A DNA stretch of 64,000 nt, from positions 11,656,001 to 11,720,000 of the forward strand of contig OX597836.1 of NCBI GenBank assembly GCA_951406725.2, given 5' to 3'. Position numbers and translations under genes: made by a program. This DNA comes from Octopus vulgaris. Its lineage: Eukaryota. The notes under the pieces are model-generated. The model had not been told where the DNA came from. It made no database searches and saw only the letters and a list, made by a program, of their open reading frames with translations. Below, piece by piece: positions 57,198 to 64,000 of this stretch (positions within the stretch are counted from its first letter, which is position 1; every line of letters begins with the position of its first letter).

Positions 57198-57450
57198 TGT
57201 AGTAGTAGTAGTTGTAGTAGTGGTGGTGGTGGCGGTGGTGGTGGTGGTGGTGGTTGCGGCAGCAGCGGTTTTCATCGCCGTCGTCGTAGTGGTATGTGGG
57301 TAATAATAGTAGTAGTAGCAGAAGTGGTAATGCTAGTAGTAGTAGTAGTAGTAGTAGTAGTAGGTAGTGGTGGTGGTGGTGGTGGTGGTGGTGGTGGTGG
57401 TGGTGGTGGTGGTGGTGGTGGTGGTTATACCAGTGGTAATGGTCAGGTTT

Positions 57451-57492
<42 letters not shown>
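57068..57492. repeat. (GGT)n/(GTA)n tract
   Basis: Direct inspection. Confidence 0.95.
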
Positions 57493-57564
57493 TTAGAAAT
57501 TGTAGACGCGTTTGTGCGTGATAAATGATTTCGTATATGTTAAGCCAAGCTTCTATTGATGAGA

Positions 57565-57705
57565 AAGTGCAGGGCGGGGCGGGGTGGAGAGAGAAAGAAA
57601 GAGAGAAGGATGGAAAGGAGGAAGGTTAAGTAGTGACAGAGAGATGACTCGTTGGCTGGTCTGGCTGGCGGGAAACGGGGCTGTTGAGCGCCCGCCATGC
57701 GGATG
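57565..57705. promoter_or_regulatory. Possible GC-box/E2F promoter-like segment
   Basis: gggcggggcgggg at about 57572-57584 and tggcgggaaa at about 57666-57675 in an otherwise AT-rich window; motif evidence only. Confidence 0.3.
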
Positions 57706-57794
57706 TTGTGTTCGTGAATGTGGTGGTTTTGGTGGTGGCGTTTCTCTTGTTTTCCTTGACGATCATTCGACATCATCAGGAAAAACTGTATTTG

Positions 57795-58170
57795 CATTGG
57801 TTTCAATTTCCGGCACAAGGCCAGCAATTACGAGCGGGGACCGGGTAAGTCGATTACATCGATCCCCCAGTGCGCAACTGGTATTTATTTTATCGACCCC
57901 GAAAGGACAAGGACGAAGTCTTCCTCGGAGCAATTTCAACTCAGAACGTACGGACGGATGAAATACCCCTAAACATTCTGTCCAGCTTGCAAACGATTCG
58001 GATCCTTTCCCTTTGAACGGCAGATCGAGAAATTAATTCATCGGGGTCGATAAATTAAGAACCAGTCAAGTAATGGGGTCGATGTAATCGACTATCCCCT
58101 TCTCCACAAATTCCAGGCCTTGTACCTATGATAGAAAGGATTAAGGCAGTGGGCTGACAGAATCGTTGGA
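57795..58170. mobile_element. Family C SINE pieces in both orientations
   Basis: 57795-57998 minus, 58040-58170 plus; conserved core visible. Confidence 0.75.
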
Positions 58171-58214
58171 CCTTTTCCCTTTGAACGGCAGATAGAGAAA
58201 TTAATTTTTTGTAA

Positions 58215-58256
58215 CGCAAGGATGACACGCAAATTCGTGAAGCGTTCCATATTTTT
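58215..58256 (+). pseudogene. U6: U6 snRNA 3'-terminal fragment (retrocopy)
   Basis: cgcaaggatgacacgcaaattcgtgaagcgttccatattttt matches the conserved metazoan U6 3' end as I recall it; the 5' part including the ACAGAGA box is absent. Confidence 0.93.
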
Positions 58257-58325
58257 AGGCGGTGCTCCAGCATGGCCGCAGTCAAATGATTGAAACAAGT
58301 AAAAGAGTAAAAGAGTAAAGAGTAA
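58257..58325 (+). mobile_element. Family A 3' tail fused to the U6 fragment
   Basis: aggcggtgctccagcatggccgcagtcaaatgattgaaacaagtaaaagagtaaaagagtaaagagta. Confidence 0.9.
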
Positions 58326-58620
58326 ACACTTTCAAACTTCGGACACTGATAGAATGTATCATATAAAACATCTTTTACTATTAGCGTTTTTGAGATAAGT
58401 TTCTATTTACGAAGTTATTTCGTGTTAAAGTTGTCGTATTTCGGCAATTTCAACCAATCAATGACGTGTATTCAACTGAATAAAATTACTGCCGTTGTTT
58501 GTCAGCAACAAATATCGGCGGTATATTTTAAAATGAACTTGGTATTGTGGTATCAATGAGCAGAATAGCGGTTGACGATTCACCGACATCCAATAAGATT
58601 CCGTTATATAAGACGTCGCC

Positions 58621-59070
58621 TTACTCTTTTATTCTTCTATTTGTTTCAGTCATTTGACTGTGCACCGCCTTTAGTCGAACAAATCGAACCCAGGACTTAT
58701 TCTTTGTAAGCCTAGTACTTATTTTATCGGCCTCTTTTGCCGAACCGCAAGTTACGGACAGGCAAACATACCAGCATCGGTTGGCAAGCGATGGAGGGAG
58801 GACAAACACAGACACACAAACATATACATATACATATATATAACATACATATAAGAGTGATGACCACTAAGTGGACATCCAATATGCTAGATGTAGACCT
58901 AATATGGTCTACATCTAGCATATTAGATGTCCACTTAGTGGTCATCCTTCTTATATGTATGTAATATAATTTTTCTGAATCTTCAGATTTCTTCAAGATG
59001 TTTGGCCACTGGTTTAAATTGATATTAATCAAATTAAATACATACATACATACATACATACATACATACA

Positions 59071-59103
<33 letters not shown>

Positions 59104-59262
59104 GACGGACTTCTTTCAGTTTCTGTCAAGCAAATCCGCTCACAAGGCTTTGGTCGGCCCGAAGCTAGAGTAGAAGACACTTGCCCAAAGTGTCACTGAG
59201 TGGGACTGGACCCGGAAACATGTGGTTGGTAACCAAGCTACTTAGCACACAGCCAGTCCTGC
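58621..59262 (-). mobile_element. SINE family A split by insertions in its internal microsatellite
   Basis: 3' half 58621-58820, 5' half 59103-59262, with a palindrome and extra sequence between. Confidence 0.85.
58843..58962. repeat. Near-perfect 120-bp palindrome
   Basis: 41-bp core arms 58859-58899 and 58906-58946 with one mismatch, 6-nt loop taatat, plus outer arms acatacatataaga / tcttatatgtatgt. Confidence 0.95.
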
Positions 59263-59514
59263 TTCTTTAAATAATTTCGATAAAAATTACCATAGGGATT
59301 GCCAGTCAACTCAGATATCTAAAAAGAGGCTTGGACAGTATTACGAAATTTAGATATTATAAAATTCCACTTTTCTTAGAGAAAAAAGTATTTCATTTTG
59401 CTGTGCCTAGGGAGGGTCTTTGTGCCAGTATTATTAACACACGCACTGGTTCAATTCCATTCCTTTATTATTAGTCAATTGGTTAAATATTCAACCAACT
59501 AATGGATTGTTTTA

Positions 59515-59775
59515 TTCTTTTATTCCTTTTTATTCTTTTATTTGTTTCAGTCATTTGACTGCGGCCGTGCTGGAGCACCGGCTTTTGTCGAACAAATCGA
59601 CCCCAGGACTTATTCTTTCTAAGCCTAGTAATTATTCTATCAGTCTCTTTTGCCGAACCATTAGGTTACGGGGACGTAAACACACCAGCACCGGCTGTCA
59701 AGTGATGGCGGGGGAGACAGACGCACAAACTCATACATACACATTCATATATATATGTGTATATATATGTGTGTA

Positions 59776-59832
<57 letters not shown>

Positions 59833-60020
59833 ATATAATGTATATATGTATGTGTGTGTCTACATCGGGCTTCTTTCAGTTTCCTTCTACCAAATCCACG
59901 CACAAGACTTCGGTCGGCCCGAGGCTAGAGTAGAAGATACTTTCCCAAGGTACCACACAGTGGGACTGAACCCGGAACCATGTGGTTGGGAAGCAAGCTA
60001 TTTACCACACAGCCACTCCT
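59515..60020 (-). mobile_element. SINE family A, near full length
   Basis: Colinear with the family. Confidence 0.9.
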
Positions 60021-60409
60021 AAACAGTAAATCATTCGTTCTGTTTTTAGTTTCTCAAAGTTTTTTCGTTGTAACTGGCAACTCATTCAATAGCTTCCGTC
60101 TTAGTCAAACGAAGTCAAATATTTCAACCAAGTACAATATTTTAAATACATTTCCGAAACAAAGACTCTTTGTCGGGATTAAAATATGATCCTCAAATTG
60201 CGTCATCAACGAACAGAATCATGGCTTATGCTTCGACAAGATCCAATATGAATTCGTTAAACATGTTGTCGCCGATTTTTGAAATTTCCATAAAATTTTA
60301 CATACGAGACGCTGGCCTAAACGAATATCTAAAACGAAGTTCTCATAGTAAATGGGATAATATAGGATGATATGAACTTAAAAGTTTGCACAAAATTTGA
60401 TTCGATTTG

Positions 60410-60835
60410 ATTCTTTACTCTCTCTCTCTCTCTCTTTTACTTGTTTCAGTCATTTGACTGTGGCCATGCTGGAGCACCGCCTTTAGTCGAGCAAATCTAC
60501 CCCAGGACTTATTCTTTGTAAGCCCCTAGTACTTATTCTATCGGACTTCTTTTGCCGGACCGCTAAGTTACGGAGACGTAAACACACCAGCATCGGTTGT
60601 CAAGAGGTGATGAGGGGAACAAACATAGATACACAAACATATACACACACGTACATATATATATATATATACGACGGGCTTCTTTCAGTTTCCGTCTACC
60701 AAATCCACTCACAAGGCTTTGGTCGGCCCGAGGCTATAGCAGAAGACACTTGCCCAAGGTGCCACGCAGTGGGACTGAACCCGGAACCATGTGGTTCATA
60801 AGCAAGCTACTTACCACACAGCCACTCCTGCGCCT
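60410..60835 (-). mobile_element. SINE family A, full length
   Basis: Colinear with the family. Confidence 0.92.
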
Positions 60836-60974
60836 GATTAAAATATTTTGATTTTTTAATTTTTACTTTTGTGTCTGTGTGTATGTGTGTTTTGTAATGT
60901 ATGGGGCGGTGATGTTTTTGTAAAACTCCATTTGATGAAAACGGATGTAAATCTACAAGAGCCAGCCTCATGAG

Positions 60975-61063
60975 TCAGAGTGACTGTTCCCGGAGCATCT
61001 CCCTCGCCATCCTCCTCCGGCGCAACGCTTCTTCTATTATGTCCACTGGGACCACGAAGCGGT
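60975..61063 (-). CDS. Candidate terminal coding exon (xRFVVPVDIIEEALRRRRMAREMLREQSL*) of an unidentified gene
   Basis: Acceptor tctttcttgtaattcAG, non-repetitive GC-richer block, protein-like composition, followed by an A-rich UTR-like stretch; another frame is also open. Confidence 0.4.
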
Positions 61064-61482
61064 CTGAATTACAAGAAAGACTACGTTCCACGCCTTAATG
61101 TAAAGTTACCCCACATAAATTACGCCATGGACAGCCAAAATTATGCTGATTTCATCTACAAAAGATCGGTTGATGACATTAACGTCTCTCACTCTCACCC
61201 TGTCATTTAATCAACCACTTTCAGAGAGTTAATTTGTCTTTCTTAACTTGCTTTTCTTTTCACATCAACTTGGTAGTAAGCCTACTGGAATACCAAGCGA
61301 TTCTCGTTTAACATGACATAGTTTTTTTCCAAAACCGTTAATCTGCCGACACCCTATAAATTCCTAATAAAAGCAGGTTAATTACCCATAGAATATATGT
61401 TCCAAAAACCTCCTTTTCCGTTTGGTGAACGCGCTTCATATAATAAAAAAACCTCATATAAGAAAGAATAGTACTATGTATG

Positions 61483-61546
<64 letters not shown>

Positions 61547-61548
61547 CA

Positions 61549-61767
61549 CACAAGGTGTGCTGAAAAGCTCCTGGCTCTAATAGTCCTGCGAAAGGCCTGG
61601 TTGGAGATCCAATATTCCAAGTTCTTTTGCAGGGCCTCGAAAAACTGAAAGACCGTTGCAATAAGTGTGTGAATCTGAGAAGGAAATATGTTGAATAAAA
61701 TCATAATTAACTCATCCTCCTTTATTTTCTTTTACCCAAAGCCAGGAAATTTTCAGCATCTTCCGTA
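61549..61767 (+). mobile_element. Mariner-derived MITE, second copy
   Basis: TIRs gtgctgaaaagctcctggct / agccaggaaattttcagcat; internal KCVNLR-like remnant shared with 39333-39553. Confidence 0.82.
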
Positions 61768-62153
61768 GGATTTTTTCACATTTTGAACATTTATCCTTTT
61801 GCTTTAAACCTAACCCGCCACCCAGGTTAACACACCATCCCCTGGTCCTGCATTAAATCTTACGAAAGCTGGAATTGTCATTTGTTACAGATGCGAAAGG
61901 GCAGAACATTTTTTTTTTTTTTTTGCTGACTCTCCTGTTAAGGACGAGAGACTGCAGATTTAGCCATTGCCTTCGTCCTCAGGGACTGAGAATCACTAGT
62001 ACGCCACTAATCTGTTGCAGGTAATCACACTAAGTCACTAGTCTAAGAGCTGATAACTCTGTTTATGAGAAATGCGGAGTATTCCCAATCAAGAATCGAA
62101 ATATTGCATAGGTAGTACCACCTAAACATTCATACAGAACTATGAATAAACGG

Positions 62154-62198
<45 letters not shown>

Positions 62199-62204
62199 GA
62201 TAAT

Positions 62205-62330
62205 TTACTGAAAGCAAATGACGAAGACAGGTGAAGGAACAACAAGCAGGTGTAGTAATTTCACGCTTGGAAAGAACAGAAAAGTCTTTGATGTTTCGAG
62301 CCTATGCTCCTCGACAGAAAGGATTGAGGG

Positions 62331-62332
<2 letters not shown>
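62205..62332 (-). mobile_element. Short Penelope-like terminal piece with minimal hammerhead-like motif
   Basis: Minus strand cttt-CTGTCGA-g-gagc(atag)gctc-GAAA-catc-aaag at 62286-62321; related to 11388-11571; (TA)n on both sides. Confidence 0.6.
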
Positions 62333-62377
<45 letters not shown>

Positions 62378-62521
62378 TATATATTAGAAGAAATGAGGTA
62401 ATCAGAAGATCGGATGGTTTATATTTACAGATATTTATTTATATATTACATTTTTTACATATATATCATATCACTTAGATCATTAGCGCTTTCTCCCATT
62501 CTAGTGGGGTTTCAAATAAAT

Positions 62522-62560
<39 letters not shown>

Positions 62561-62967
62561 TAGATTTACTTATCCATTCGATGTGCATGGCATTTGACAT
62601 TAGTTCCAAACACACCATTATCATAGATGACGCTATCGGACTGTAGGGCCATGAACATTTTTCTCTCCGCTTATTAACCGCAGTGTGTGTTCTGCGATAT
62701 TTGAGTGTACGCGAACATGTTAAATATGATTGTACACGCATGTACATCTTTTACTTGTTTGTCATTAGACTGCAGCTATTCTGGGGTACCACCAGGAAGA
62801 GTGTTAGTCGAATGAATCGGCCCCAATCCTTTGTCCCTTTTTGTTTAAGCCTGGCAATTATTTTGTCGGTCTCTTGCCGAACCGCTTCGTTACGGGGATG
62901 TCATCACACCAACACTAGTTGTCAAGCGGTGGTGGGGAGACAAAAACACACAAAAACGCACACATAC

Positions 62968-63001
<34 letters not shown>

Positions 63002-63004
63002 GTT

Positions 63005-63403
63005 TTTTCATCTACTCTAGGCACAAGGCCCGAAATTTTGGAGGAGGAACCAGGCCGATTAGATCGACCCCATTTCGCAACTAATACTTAATTTATCGAC
63101 CTCGAAAGGATGAAAGGCAAAGTCGACCTCGGCGGAATTTGAACTCAGAACGTAGTGTCAGACCAAATACCTATTTCTTTACTACCCACAAGGGGCTAAA
63201 CACAGAGAGGACAAACAAGGACAGACAAACGGATTAAGTCGATTATATCGACCCCAGTGCGTAACTGGTACTTAATTTATCGACCTCGAGAGGACGAAAG
63301 GCAAAGTCGACCTCGGCGTAATTTGAACTCAGAACGTAACAGCAGACGAAATACCGCTAAACATTTTGCCCAGCGCACTAACGATTCTGCCAGCTCACCA
63401 CCT
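63005..63403 (-). mobile_element. Family C SINE tandem pair
   Basis: Core aaaggcaaagtcgacctcggcg...tttgaactcagaacgta occurs twice. Confidence 0.88.
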
Positions 63404-63413
63404 TAATAATAGA

Positions 63414-63488
<75 letters not shown>

Positions 63489-63506
63489 GACAATAATAAT
63501 AATGGC

Positions 63507-63553
<47 letters not shown>

Positions 63554-63569
63554 CAATAATAATAATAGC

Positions 63570-63601
<32 letters not shown>
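63404..63601. repeat. (AAT)n-(ATT)n-(AAT)n compound tract
   Basis: Direct inspection; contains internal strand switches. Confidence 0.95.
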
Positions 63602-64000
63602 GCGATGTAGATATATACTCCTTCTTTCGGTCTGCATTATATTTGAGTTTGGTTCCATTAAAGTTTAGGTGTAATTGCATGTTTGATGTTAAAATTATCA
63701 GATAATAAAGGATATAATGAGAATGTACCGAATGTTTGTTAGGGTTGAAAGAAAACGAAGCAAAATTGTTCATCATTTTAGCTCTAGATAATTGTGATTA
63801 GAGTTAATTAAGGGTTGTGGTGGTGGTGGTGGTGGTGGTGGTGGTGGTCATGGTGGTAGGGTTTCAGATATTGCGAGTAATATTTCTCAGCAGTCACTTC
63901 CGGTAAGCCAAACAGCTAATCGATCGTCTATAATTATTTATTTTTCACTCGAACACATCTTTAGTAAACATCAACATATATATGCATCTCTCTCTCTCTC

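Noticed and set aside
53106-57521. Poly-Thr, Ser, Val, Gly and His-Thr ORFs
   Set aside because: Tri- and dinucleotide repeat translations.
58215-58256. Functional U6 snRNA gene
   Set aside because: Only the 3' 42 nt are present; the 5' stem-loop and ACAGAGA box are missing.

Overview
Repeat-dense, AT-rich eukaryotic DNA, most likely from a coleoid cephalopod (octopus); this is inferred from the SINE families and microsatellite load, not verified. No intact recognisable protein-coding gene was found. Almost all ORFs in the track are translations of (TA)n, (CA)n, (TAGA)n, (TACA)n, (AAT)n, (CAT)n or (GTA)n tracts or of SINEs. The window holds four or five tRNA-headed SINE-like families in dozens of copies, decayed mariner transposases and mariner MITEs, RTE-type and R4/Dong-type LINE relics, and short Penelope-like pieces with hammerhead-ribozyme motifs. 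Most notable: (1) an exact 42-nt U6 snRNA 3' end fused directly to a SINE 3' tail (58215-58325); (2) a set of minimal hammerhead-like cassettes in (TA)n-associated elements, plus one tRNA-headed element carrying a hammerhead core; (3) two strong foldback structures (22385-22913, 58843-58962) and a cluster of inverted young SINEs; (4) a few low-confidence minus-strand exon candidates. All calls were made by eye and coordinates of decayed repeats are approximate.
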